A stretch of 63,531 nt of DNA, counting the filler, from Octopus bimaculoides (taxonomy: Eukaryota): NCBI RefSeq assembly GCF_001194135.2. It is 5 parts of 5 records of this genome, joined end to end, with 100 filler letters (N's around TTAATTAATTAA, not from the genome) between each part and the next. Parts side by side here need not be neighbours in the genome. Positions count along the whole stretch, not along the records: positions 45,716 to 56,319 come from NC_068986.1; positions 56,420 to 63,531 come from NC_068981.1; 3 more parts are not named here. The stretch is one strand, 5' to 3'. Shown one piece after another: positions 48,831-61,564 of the stretch. Position numbers and translations under genes: made by a program. The first letter of the stretch is position 1; each line of letters begins with the position of its first letter. The notes under the pieces were generated by a model that was not told the origin of the DNA, did no database searches, and saw nothing but the letters and a program-made list of their open reading frames with translations.

Positions 48831-51800
48831 AAAAAAGCCTTGTCTTTGTGCTTAATTTCAATATTTGATCTTGTATGTAAAAAAAAAACTAATGTTTGGC
48901 AAACAGATTTACGTATCTCGGTTTATATTAATGTAAATTTAAGAGCATTTAGTTATATTAGTTTTTAGAGGTTTTGTGCACAATCTATCGGGTCACAGGA
49001 TAACCGATTTGATTCTATGTCATGATGTATCTAACACAAGCAGTTTCGCAAAGTTGTCAATTCACTAAGATAATATTCAAGGATGGATTGGAAATAATCA
49101 GTTGAAGATAAAAGCACTTTTTAATGTTTCAGTACTCCAGCAACGTACAACTCTGATCTGTATTAAATCATGACCAAGTCATTTTATATTAGAGGGTCTT
49201 GACCATGTACACAACGCAATAGCGGTGATAGCATAAGAACTTGGGACCTTACCTCTTTAGCTAGCTACAGCTCAATTGGGATTTTGCCGTTAGATAGTTA
49301 AAATATCAGAAACCAAGGACTGGAAAAAGACATCATTTCCCAAACTGAAAAATTTTGCCTTTACCAGCAATATTTTATTTTTTCTCTCCTTACCCACAAG
49401 CAAATCAAAACTCGGTTCTTTTATTTTATGAAAATAATATTATAGAATCCGAGGATGGTCTATGTTGGCAAATAGTCTTCTCTTCCATTATAATTCCATT
49501 CATGTATTCTAAAATGCATTATAGGAACATAAAACGACTAGAGAACTGAAGTGATATTTATTTTATCGATTCCCAGAAGGATAAAAAGCAAAGATGACCT
49601 CAGCGGATTTTGAACTCAGAGAGTACAAAAGAGCTGTAACTAAAAACCAGCAGGCATTTTCTCTGTTGTACAAACGATTCTACCAATCCACCGCCAAAGA
49701 GTTCAAACAGTGGGATAAATTGAAATCTTTTCATAAGAGATTTCCACATGTTGCTTATTGAAGAATTCTCAGATGTTTGTTTAGAAACGAAGCTGAGACT
49801 TGTGCACACCGAACGGAAACTAACAAAGACATCTATAGACATACATAAGTAATCAATAAGAAAAAAAAATTCAATATACAAAAGCTAAGAACATTTGTAC
49901 GTCTATGTATGCATGCGCGTGTGTAGGTGTGTATATGTATACGTATGTGTATGTTTGGCTGCTATTTTCTTTTCCTTTCTTTTCTCTCTCGTTAGTGAGA
50001 GCTAACCCTTATGTTATCCATATCTACGACGATCGTTACATTTACTAAGAAGCCAAATTAGTGTTCTAGGTTTATATCTCTAACGTCAGTGAGGGCGCGT
50101 AATGATGTAAGAAGAGACATTCAACTGGTTTATTCAACAAAAGTTCAGATAATTTAAGAAAACTAGTGCCAAAGGTAATTTTCTTTCTTTAGTTCTTTAA
50201 TTTGTTTTAGTCATCGTGGCTCTAGTCATACTGGAGCACTGGCTCATTATATATGTGCATGTATATGTATGAGGGAGGGGGGTAAGTGCGTATATGTATA
50301 TATCTATATGCATGGTGGAGGCTAACGTTTCTTATTTCTTTACTAAGCAATGCATGGTGGAGGCGCAATGGCCCTCCACTATATGCATGGAGGCATATAT
50401 AATAGCCCTTGCGGTCGTAGGATCGCAGTTTCGATTCCCAGACCGGACGTTGTGAGTNNNNNNNNNNNNNNNNNNNNNNNNNNNNNNNNNNNNNNNNNNN
50501 NNNNNNNNNNNNNNNNNNNNNNNNNNNNNNNNNNNNNNNNNNNNNNNNNNNNNNNNNCTATAGTGTTTGTAGGCTTTTGGGGTGCCTTGTGTTTCTAAGG
50601 GTTTTTTGACATATATCTTTTCTATGTTTGCATGTCCCACATGCTATACGTTCATTTATGTATTCTTTTTTACTACTATTATTATTTTTTTCCTCCTGTA
50701 CCCTTATTTGTATTTTTTATTTTTATTTTTATTTATATTTTGATCTCAATTGTATTTTTATTTTTATTTCTATCTTATTTTTGCTGTTGTTTTTCTTCTG
50801 GTCTCTACCACACCTCTGTTTTTACCTCTTGCTCTACATCTGTATGTAACNNNNNNNNNNNNNNNNNNNNNNNNNNNNNNNNNNNNNNNNNNNNNNNNNN
50901 NNNNNNNNNNNNNNNNNNNNNNNNNNNNNNNNNNNNNNNNNNNNNNNNNNNNNNNNNNNNNNNNNNNNNNNNNNNNNNNNNNNNNNNNNNNNNNNNNNNN
51001 NNNNNNNNNNNNNNNNNNNNNNNNNNNNNNNNNNNNNNNNNNNNNNNNNNNNNNNNNNNNNNNNNNNNNNNNNNNNNNNNNNNNNNNNNNNNNNNNNNNN
51101 NNNNNNNNNNNNNNNNNNNNNNNNNNNNNNNNNNNNNNNNNNNNNNNNNNNNNNNNNNNNNNNNNNNNNNNNNNNNNNNNNNNNNNNNNNNNNNNNNNNN
51201 NNNNNNNNNNNNNNNNNNNNNNNNNNNNNNNNNNNNNNNNNNNNNNNNNNNNNNNNNNNNNNNNNNNNNNNNNNNNNNNNNNNNNNNNNNNNNNNNNNNN
51301 NNNNNNNNNNNNNNNNNNNNNNNNNNNNNNNNNNNNNNNNNNNNNNNNNNNNNNNNNNNNNNNNNNNNNNNNNNNNNNNNNNNNNNNNNNNNNNNNNNNN
51401 NNNNNNNNNNNNNNNNNNNNNNNNNNNNNNNNTTTTCTATATGTGATAGTGGATTTTCATCGATGAGTTCTTGAAAATTGGTTATTTTCCCTAAAACTAT
51501 ATATTTTATATATACTTTAACTATAAGGCTCAATTTAATTTTAATTTTTTATAAATTGATTTTAATTGAGTTTTTTACCTGTAATTTTGGATTTTGTCCC
51601 TAATATTATTATATATATATATATATATATATATATTCGTTTTTGTTTTGCTTTGCTTTTGCTTCTTTTTTTATTTTCTGAACAAAGGCCCACAACAACA
51701 TAAAAAAAAACTAAAACACACGATCCTAGAAAAAGCCAGTTCCTGCATAATATATACAACTTCAGCCAATTTTCACGTTAAATTCTTTCGTTCCTTCTGC

Positions 51801-52752
51801 TTGCAGATGCCATTTTCAACATCGTTGACGTTGAAACAACTTCTCGCCTTCATACAAAAAAAAAAAGACAAACGGATGAAATATATTTGTACAGCTTTGA
51901 GGAAGAATGAAAATAAATCAATAGGAAAATGTTTGTAGTATTGGTTCTATTAAACCTCATCGTATTACCTTTAATTTTTTACGTTGTACTAAGCTTGCTT
52001 TTGGATACACTTATAGCTACAACCTCCCTGTTAGTGTTCTTAGGTATGATAGCAGCAAATATCATAATGATCCAATCTTCGAACTATATCTACAAACTAA
52101 TCGTTACAGTTGTATATTACATTCTAGCGTTTATTTTCCTTGAATAAAACTTCTGTTTATGTTATCTTTTAGATGTGTTGTTGTTACTGCTGTTGCCGTT
52201 GTTGTTACAGAATGTCTTGGTGATATTTAGTTAAGGCTCTTTCATATTCTGGATTCAAATTAGCTCCACATTTATCCTTCTGGAGTCGATGAAAATGAAG
52301 GATTAACATGCAGTTTAGTCATTAAAAAAAGTGAAAGTAAATTGCAACAGAAACTGGAAATGACGTCAATGACATCCCAAAATTTCATACAAAAAAACCA
52401 CGTCTACCTCTATTGATAGGTTAAGTATTTCGGAAGGAACAGCTGAGGTACCCTGTTCCAATGTATTCTGTCCAGTAACGAACATCATTGAAAAGTGTAA
52501 CTATTTTTATCTTATACAAAATATTTGCACGGTATTCATATTAATAATAAACGCGAAATTCTGTCCGTCCGGAACCCCTGCATATCAGTCTACATTTGCT
52601 CTACATAGACATATTATATCTTTTGGGAATCAGAATGATTCCGGGATTGAAAATCAACCATTCATTTGGATAGCTTCATTTTAAGCTAGTATTAAATATA
52701 TGTACATTCTATACATTGGTTATGTTGCATACATTGTTTGCAAGAAATTATA

Positions 52753-53049
52753 CAGGGTGTCCACAAAGTCTGTGTACATGGGGATTAACACATACGTTAA
52801 GAAATTATTATTTCTTATATTTAATTGTTTATCTTATGATTTTATTTACTCCATGTACCCACATGGGGATTAACACATACGTTGAGAAATTATTATTTCT
52901 TATATTTAATTGTTTATGTTATGATTTTATTTACTCCATGTACCCACATGAAGATTAACACATACGTTAAGAAATTATTATTTCTTATATTTAATTGTTT
53001 ATGTTATGATTTTATTTACTCCATGTACCTAGACTTTGTGGACACCCTG
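52753..53049. mobile_element. Tc1/mariner-type MITE with three tandem 85-bp internal units
   Basis: TA-CAGGGTGTCCACAAAGTCT...AGACTTTGTGGACACCCTG-TA (27/29 TIR match); units start at 52776, 52861 and 52946. Confidence 0.9.
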
Positions 53050-53237
53050 TAGAATGTCAGTGTCGTCACTTACGGTTTCTATCGCAATTTTATTCTCAAT
53101 TTTTTAGGACAACTTCGTCCATCTAGGGTCGACAAAAATAAAGTGCCAATCAGTTACTGAGGCCATTGGTGTCGACTAACCCCCTCTCGCAAATTTCAGA
53201 ATTTCAAGCCTTGTATCTATGCTACAAACAATTAAGA

Positions 53238-53470
53238 GAGATGGTTTGGCAGAATCGTTAGACAGTCGGCTAAAATGCTTTGCAGTATTTGTTCCAGCTC
53301 TTTACGTTCTGAGTTCAAATTCCACCAAGGTCAACTTTACTTTTATTCCTTCCGGAGGGGAAGACGATAAAATAAAGTACCAATCAAGTACTGAGGTAAA
53401 TGGTAGCGAATAACCTTCTCCTCTCAAAATTGCTGGTCTTGTGCCTAAATTGGAAACCACCATCACTATC
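53238..53470 (+). mobile_element. SINE family B copy (a partial B lies just upstream at about 53115-53225)
   Basis: Head-core-tail homology. Confidence 0.75.
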
Positions 53471-53529
53471 ATCATCACCACCACGAAATCATTAGAGCAA
53501 GAGAAACGGTAGAATGCCAGGCTAAATAT

Positions 53530-53850
53530 CATCATCATCATCATCGTTTAACGTCCGCTTTCCATGCTAGCATGGGTTGGACGATTTGACTGAGGACTGG
53601 TGAAACCAGATGGCTACACCAGGCTCCAATCTGATTTGGCAGAGTTTCTACATCTGGATGCCCTTCCTAACGCCAACCACTCCGAGAGTGTAGTGGGTAC
53701 TTTTACGTGCCACCGGCACGAATGCCAGTCAGGCGGTACTGGCAACGGCCACGCTCAAAATGGTGTTTTTTTACGTGCCACCTGCACAGGAGCCAGTCTA
53801 GCGGCACTGGCAACGATCTCGCTCGAATGTCTCTACACGTGCCACCGGCA
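53530..53850 (-). mobile_element. Family D copy
   Basis: Same as 45352-45615, extended with further GCCACC modules. Confidence 0.8.
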
Positions 53851-54131
53851 CAATGTTTTAGTATTTACAGAATCCCTTTATAATTTCATCCAAGTCTTGT
53901 CGGGAGTTGACATTTGAGAGCAAAAAATATCAACGAGCTGAGACTGGCCTTGTGATCAAGTCATAAATCAATAAACAGACTATTATCCTGTGTGAGAAAA
54001 TCAAATAATGAGTAAAATAATACCAATATTATACTGAGTGTTAATTCACCAGACTGCAGCCTACTCCAACATAAACAGTTCTTTTCTAATGCCAGTGAGA
54101 TAAGCAAATCCACATTTTTATTACTCTATAC

Positions 54132-54320
54132 CAGTGCTCCGTAACCTTTTTTTTTCACATGCGGCACACTTATGCTATTTTCAAAATTTGGCGGCACACC
54201 TGAACAAAAAATATAACTAAAAGTACATGGAAAAAAATTATATTCAGGTTACACTGTGGCACACATAGCATCGTCTCGTGGCACACCAGTGTGCCGCGAC
54301 ATACTAGTTGCAGAGCACTG
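54132..54320. mobile_element. hAT (Charlie-like) MITE, 189 bp, perfect 8-bp TSD
   Basis: CTCTATAC|CAGTGCTCCGTAAC...GTTGCAGAGCACTG|CTCTATAC. Confidence 0.9.
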
Positions 54321-54464
54321 CTCTATACAGGTGCTTATATTATATTTGGCTTGTATTATATTTGAAACCATGACATTTCAATTCATTTAGATTGTTCAAG
54401 CTTTAGGACAATGCATGAACTTAACAAATTCTATTGTCAGAGCTCATGTAAGATATAATTTATA

Positions 54465-54962
54465 TTCATCTCATCTCACCTTCTTTGCTCACTCATTCTT
54501 GCGAGGGTCGTGGGGGCAGAGTCCTCAAGCACGCCTTCCATCGGGTCCTATCAGAAGCAACTGTCTCCAGTTGATCCGGCTGGACCCCCAAGCGAGATCA
54601 ACCGAACTCATGAATGTTATCCAACCATCTTGCTTGTTGTCCATCCCTAGGTTTCCTGCCAGTTAGTTTTGCCTGTAAAACCTGTCAGTGATTTTTTTCT
54701 TGAGATATTCTTAGTGCATGTTTGTAGTATCGGAGCTGTGGTCTCTCAATTCGGAGAAGTAGCAGTTCGAACTGGAGCACTTCTCTGGTCACCCAGCTAC
54801 ACATTCTTTTGAGTAATGCACTCCAAAATCCCTTCAGAAGAACCCCATCTCGGCCGCTTGTATTCGCAATTGTACTCTTTCGGTCACTACCTAAGATTCA
54901 TGGCCATAGCTAAGGATAGGTACGAACACCAAATTGAAGATAGTGAGCTGAGCTTTTACACC
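54465..54962 (-). mobile_element. Expander/Rex3-like RTE, 3' segment
   Basis: Minus strand GVKAQLTIFNLVFVPILSYGHE...IQAAEMGF... through the 3' end GAAGGTGAGATGAGATGAA; homologous to 32795-33348. Confidence 0.85.
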
Positions 54963-54984
54963 TTCCAGCCTTCCTCTGAAGCTA

Positions 54985-55438
54985 GATGTGGGACTTGTCG
55001 TGGAAGGTGCCGCAGGAGTATGGGATCGATGGACAGCTTCTTGTCTTAAAATCCCTATACAAATGCCCTAGTATGTGGTCAGATAAATGGTGCCAAGTTG
55101 AAACCATTCAACGTGGGTGAAGGACACTGCCAAAGGTGCGCACTATTACCTCTCCTTTTCTTAATTTTTATGAACAATATTGACATGTGCAGCTGGGTTG
55201 AAAATGATATCAAGACTGGCGGGTGTAGGAACAGTCGGCTGGAATTCGCAGACAACATGGTACTACTCAACTTATCAGATGATTTTTGACATGCACTTGA
55301 TAGGTTTACTGCCAAGTGCTGTTCAGCAAGAATGAAAATCAGTGCTGCTCGTCCTCTCAAAGAGGCTTGTGCAATGCCATCTACATTCCACTGAATCAGG
55401 TGAAGTTCAAGTATCTACGGGCCGTTTTTACAGATGAT
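54985..55438 (+). mobile_element. Expander/Rex3-like RTE, RT segment in inverted orientation
   Basis: WKVPQEYGIDGQLL...INGAKLKPFNVGEGHCQRCALLPLLFLIFMN...LEFADNMVLL...HALDRFTAKC..ARMKIS...KFKYLRAVFTDD. Confidence 0.85.
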
Positions 55439-55949
55439 CATTCATATTGACTTCTTAATTTCCTAGCGGTTTCTGAGACTGATAAGAGATTTTGTGATGT
55501 TATAGCGCATTACAAATAGTGGGTTACAGAGGTGAAGTGAATCAAAGCGAGTTAGAAGCCATCTTTGAAGGAGCTTGTCCATACTCTACAGAATCGCCAC
55601 TGGAATAAATTGTTAGTCACTTTTGACTAATACATAATAATAAATATCGCCTGCAGCGGCGACATCAGCGATGTTGACGGCGGCAGCGTCGAAGGTGATG
55701 GCGGCTGAGTCGATGGTAAAATCACTTGCTTCATTGTTATCGTTGTCAAGTGTCGTCTGCATAATCGTCGTCGTCATAAAATATGCCATTTCAGTTACTT
55801 TAGTAATGACAAGATCGTATTATTTTTTTTATTTATAGATGCCAAGTAAAATAATTAATGTAAACTATTTTTTCCTTGGTACAAATCCATTATTGATAAG
55901 GCTGTAAATATTGTTACTATAGAAATGTTATTACAATCATAATTCATTG

Positions 55950-56319
55950 AAGGAGAGAGGTTCGTGAACTGTGTAGTTAGTAATTTTAATTCCTTTGTGA
56001 ATAACTACGCTGTTCATAAAGCACTTTATCCACAACCCCAGTTGTGGTGTGTGCGTACGAGTAGATGTAATCGCCTTACCTCGGTTTTCCTTTCCTCGAC
56101 TGCGAGTCCGTCTTGCGGTATCCGATCCTCGAAGCTCGCCCCGACCTGAAGTACACCAGGAATAGCAGCTGCTTCTCCCAAACCTTCCCAAACCTAGACC
56201 GTCGCTTAACACGTCTTGTCTTGGCCGCAGACCCGTTCGAAAAGGGCACGAATGCCGATCGAGGCTCCCTCTGCCCTTTTTCCCCTTCCGGTCGACTCGC
56301 CCTTCCGGTCAGCCTCCCC
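55950..56319 (-). mobile_element. Possible LTR fragment (GC- and CpG-rich), cut by a gap
   Basis: Composition shift; the minus strand ends ATTAAA...CTCTCTCCTTCA, like a U5 end. No second LTR, PBS or PPT is visible. Confidence 0.3.
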
Positions 56320-56419
56320 NNNNNNNNNNNNNNNNNNNNNNNNNNNNNNNNNNNNNNNNNNNNTTAATTAATTAANNNNNNNNNNNNNNNNNNNNNNNNN
56401 NNNNNNNNNNNNNNNNNNN

Positions 56420-56470
<51 letters not shown>

Positions 56471-57857
56471 ATAAGTGTCCGTGTGTGCGTGTTATATTGT
56501 ATACGGACATGAAATAGTACAAGCCAAAATTCCATATATTTTATGAGATTAATTAAAGCATAATGAAGGTCCTTATAAGTTATTCAACGTAGACACATGA
56601 ACAGCAGCTCCGCTTGTATTTGTCAATCAATCTATACCTATTGGTGACGAATACCAGAAATGCCAGAACAAATATTTGAACCAGTTTCAATGAGAAAAGA
56701 AGTCCATTGAGAAAAATATTATTTTAACTCTTAATTCCAGAAGCGAACACATGTGAGAACCGGGAATTGTGAAAGTGTAATCATTTATCAATTATTTATG
56801 AGTCTAGGTCCTAGATTCCATATGAAAATGCAATCAAGTCGTTTAAAGTACCGCTCTCTTGGCGATTAACTTTACTTGCACGAACTTGCTTAGCTAGAAA
56901 TCACTTACCAAGAATTGGCACTAGAATAGAATTGATTATTAACAAACGATTCATTGCGTTATACTTTTGATATCGAGTCGTTTCTAAGACTTATTTGGCT
57001 TTCGTCTCTTTTATATACCTAAGCCATGAATAGTAAAGTTACAATAATGTTAAATTTCAAATGGTGCACAATGACATCGAGCAAATAACGATGCCTTTCA
57101 AGAAATATGGACAACAGCCTTTCAATAATAAAATAAATCCCAGGCTCTTTCAATAGGAAGAATAACCAATACTATTTTAATCAGTTTTTCTTTGGGGTTT
57201 CAGATACCATATATCCAATTATAAATGGAGATTATTATTATGTTTGCCAAAGTTATTGTCATCGACATTATCTGCAACATCGTAATCGTAACCGGAAGTG
57301 GTATGATAGTTGACATCATCATTGGCAATCTCAAAAGTAGAAGTCATTTAAATATCATTTTGAGTTTTATTTTTATGAATATAGAAAATGTAAAGTAAAT
57401 TTCAGTCAATTTGTCGAAGACTTAATCAGAATAGTTTAAAACATCACGTCATTTCAGTTTTCGCTGACCAACGAAAAGAATGTTCGTTGTTTATGTAGCT
57501 TCATGTTTGTCTGAATACGATATTTATTAAAGTGTCCTTTTACACCAATAATATCGTTAGGAAAGGCGCATAAAGACCGTGAGAGACAGAGTTGCTTATT
57601 TGATGGTGAAAACTGTTCACGCCTTAACGCATGCCTTGTCCATCTTATCGAAAAACTGACGATGCCAAAAGGTAATATCCAAGTTATGGTTTCTTTAATA
57701 TCCAAGTCATGGCGTATTTGAGCCCACATTTTTAAAGGAATAAAGTATCTTTACTTAGAGAGAGACACAGCGTCTACATACACACTGTACAAGCTCAGAA
57801 ACTGTGTATCTGTAATGCAGCTTTTACTCTTCGTATGATCTTTTATCTTCTACATCT

Positions 57858-58062
57858 TCCAGTCATTAGACAGCGGCCATGCTGTGGCACCGCCTTAAAG
57901 AATTTTTTTTTCAGTCGAATGAATCGACCCCAGTACTTATTTTTTATAAGTTTGGCAATTACTCTATCGTCCCTTTTGCCGAACCGCTAGATTACGGGGA
58001 CGTAGATACACGTATAGTGGTTATCAAGCGATGGTGGGGAACAAACAGAAAGACAAACACAC
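57858..58062 (-). mobile_element. Solo SINE A type-1 tail next to (CT)n
   Basis: Homologous to 38492-38715; no adjacent head. Confidence 0.75.
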
Positions 58063-58089
58063 ACATCTTTCTCTCTCTCTCTCTCTCTC

Positions 58090-58130
<41 letters not shown>

Positions 58131-58194
58131 TCTTCTATTTCTTCTTTCTCTTTTTTGTCCTCCTCATCCCTTGTTTTCATTCCCCCCCTCTCTC

Positions 58195-58228
<34 letters not shown>

Positions 58229-58740
58229 GCCCTCTTTCTCCTCTGCTGTTGATGACAGTGACTCGTGGCCGGTCTTCCTCCCTTTTTTTACACCAGTCGC
58301 GTCCTAAATTCTGTTTTCCACCGACACATGTCTTCCTATTTGTTGTTTTTCGAATCCTCAAGGATGACCTTGTAAACGTCACCCACCATCTATGTTTTTT
58401 TGGCCCTAAGCCTATATTTTGCTCGTTTCTTATTTATTTCGTCTTTGTTCTTCGTCCATATCGTCTTAAATTACATTTATTCACTTTCACATGTCCACTT
58501 CTGTATCGCTTGTTATCCACGTTTTGTTCGCTCTCAGCCCTATATTCTCCGCAACTTTCGCACTCACCTCCAGCATGGGAAGCCGCTCAATCTCATCATT
58601 AATGGTGCAAAACTGAGTAATACCATTTGGTTGATAACTGATGAAGAGTTAGGGACCTTCTGTCTCTGTCTTCGGTGTACATAATATACGCTATACGTTT
58701 TTTATTTATCGTTTGTGAATTTACAATACATTTTTTCATT

Positions 58741-58782
<42 letters not shown>

Positions 58783-58817
58783 NNNNNNNNNNNNNNNNNN
58801 NNNNACATTTTTTCATT

Positions 58818-58862
<45 letters not shown>

Positions 58863-58879
58863 ATATATATATACACCAC

Positions 58880-59022
58880 ACACACACACGACGGGTTTCT
58901 TTAAGTTTCCGTCTACCAAATCCACTCTCAAGGCTTTGGTGGACGCGAGGCTTATAGTAGAAGACACTTGCCCTAGGTGCCACGCAGTGTAACTGAACCC
59001 AGGACCATGTGATTCGGAATCA
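58880..59022 (-). mobile_element. SINE A head with (TA)n(TG)n, no tail
   Basis: Homologous to 38715-38876. Confidence 0.75.
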
Positions 59023-59317
59023 GCCGTAATATGAAATCCCAAAATCAAAAATCAGAGGAAAATTCCTTTGCCAAGAGCAAAGAAGTAATTACGACACTCT
59101 ATACATTGATTAGATGTAGTGAACTTTCCTAATTATAATCTACCTCTACCACCCCAGTATATATGTTTAGTCATAATGCTTAGTCTCGGTGTAGTCTCGT
59201 CTCCAGTTATGATAATTACTTAATGAAATCAAAGGTTGTCTGAAAAAACATTTCTCCGAATATTATATTTTGTGTCTGTGCGGGCGCACGTGTGTATATG
59301 AGAGAGAGAGAGAGAGA

Positions 59318-59387
<70 letters not shown>

Positions 59388-59578
59388 NNNNNNNNNNNNN
59401 NNNNNNNNNNNNNNNNNNNNNNNNNNNNNNNNNNNNNNNNNNNNNNNNNNNNNNNNNNNNNNNNNNNNNNNNNNNNNNNNNNNNNNNNNNNNNNNNNNNN
59501 NNNNNNNNNNNNNNNNNNNNNNNNNNNNNNNNNNNNNNNNNNNNNNNNNNNNNNNNNNNNNNNNNNNNNNNNNNNNNN

Positions 59579-59611
<33 letters not shown>

Positions 59612-59616
<5 letters not shown>

Positions 59617-59775
59617 GAAATTTCCAGAAAAACAAAAGACGAAGACAGGTGTATAAACAACAAACAGGTGTATTAGTTTAACGTTCGGGAAGGTGAGAAA
59701 GTCTTTTACGTTTCGAGCCTACGCTCTTCAACAGAAAGGAACCCGAGGAAATAAACAGAGAGAGAATAAGAAAAA
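59612..59775 (-). mobile_element. Penelope-like terminal fragment abutting (TA)n
   Basis: Carries a hammerhead motif; a truncated sister copy at about 35390-35450 also abuts (TA)n. Confidence 0.55.
59703..59738 (-). ncRNA. 36-nt minimal hammerhead motif with an A6U core variant
   Basis: CTTT-CTGTTGA-A-GAGC(GTAG)GCTC-GAAA-CGTA^AAAG. Confidence 0.6.
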
Positions 59776-61564
59776 CTTTTGGAGCTAGCGGTCAATATAT
59801 ATGTGTGTGTGTGCGCGCGTGCGTGTGTGTGATGTTCGTATGTAGCTTATTAGTTGGTGGCTGTATACAAATGTAAGCTCCTGCTCAGAAAGTAACATTT
59901 CCCCTCTAACCACTGATCATTGTTTACCGCAACCTCTTCATTTGGTTCTACTCCATTACGTTTTCATTTTAATCTTTGAATATGTTTCTTTTTTCCTTCG
60001 AGTATTTATTTGAAGAAAATAATGCTGTGATGCTAAAAGCTTGCTTGAGAACTACTGCACCCAATTATTTTTGTCAACTGAATTGATTCTATATTATTAG
60101 AAATAAATTTTAACTGTATTGATAGTTATAATGATGTCTCTAGAGGTTATTTAAAAATATTAATTGGCGTTCCCTTGCCGAAACAGTATAAATGATCTAT
60201 ATTTCTTAACATAAAACTGTTGTTGACTTAAATATTTATAAATATATATTTTCATAAATTTATTTACTTATTCATTTATTGAAGAAAAATGTTTTAATTT
60301 AAACAGAAATATTGAACAGAAAGTATTTCTAATACTTTTTGGAAGTCTTAAAATATAGGTCTTCCATTAAAGTGTTCTTTAAGACTTGATCATGTTCGGA
60401 TTTGTTTTGGTTTTCATTTTTTTGTTCTTTCGTTTTGTTTTTGTTTTCTTTATTTTTTTCAGTCTACTTCAGCCATAACTTTTGTAAAAGTACTTTCTAC
60501 TAAACATATTCACTCTTACAGAGATACAGACACAGAGGCACCCACAGACACACAGACATATACAAAAGTATTTGTATTAAAGTAAATGAAAATGCACGCA
60601 ATACAAGAAGTAGAGTTTATAGTTTTATTTTAAGCTTAAATTTCACAAGATTAAAATCGCTAGATTCACGTTTTTGATCTTCAGTTGCCTGAGGAGCAGA
60701 AGTGTGAAACAAACAGTTAATGGGACTATGAAACTAACTGAATCTTCAAATAGTGTGCGGATGAAACATATCGACCTTTTTGTTTCGTACTTTCGATCAG
60801 CAGAAAGTATTAGAAAAATGCATGACTAAAATAAATGACTAAAATGGTATCAAATCGTTCCTTAATTTCAACACCTAATTATGACATTTTTTTAATCGAA
60901 ACAAAGATACAAGTTGAAATGAACAAAAGTCAACCAAAATATCTAAAATCTAGAGTGATGTTTAATAGCGGTAGAAGCAAAAGTAATATTTATCCCCATT
61001 TAAAAGTGGGTGTTGTGTTAAAACACAAAATACTGCATTATTTACCATGAGAAAACTTTTCAAATAGATTTGTAGTGCATATAAGCACTCATGTTTATAT
61101 TGCTAGCGGGAAATAATCGTCCGTCATCACCGCCTGGTCTATTACTAGAGTGATGTATTTTGATAAACTTCATGCGTTTTCTCAGTCGTTTGTATAGTTT
61201 CAAGGATGAAGAGATTTATTTCTTCTTTGAACGAAAACAGAGACTTGGAAACAGCTTGCTTCTACAAGTACAGTCAATCGGTTTCAGATGTCATCAGGAG
61301 CGAATGCGCACCGTTTTGGAGCCTTCCTCTCAATGGCTACAGTGCATCGCCTCCACTCACTAGTGTGAAGCTCCGCCTACTGGGTCGTTCCATAAAACTC
61401 GGTTGTATAGATTCAACAATGTAGGAATTTGTTGTTTCTTTGAACGAAGACACATTTTATTTACTTAATCTAGCTAATCTGAATTTCACTTTTAATAATA
61501 TCTCAACCCTTTATTAACGAGAGATTCGATCATCAGGAATATTTCTTCGCTCCGAGATTATAAC

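Noticed and set aside
58638-58680. CTGATGAAGAG hammerhead half-motif
   Set aside because: No downstream GAAA or cleavage triplet.
61187-61453. Diverged ~55-bp direct repeat about 215 bp apart
   Set aside because: Low identity in AT-rich DNA next to a MITE arm; no interpretable structure.
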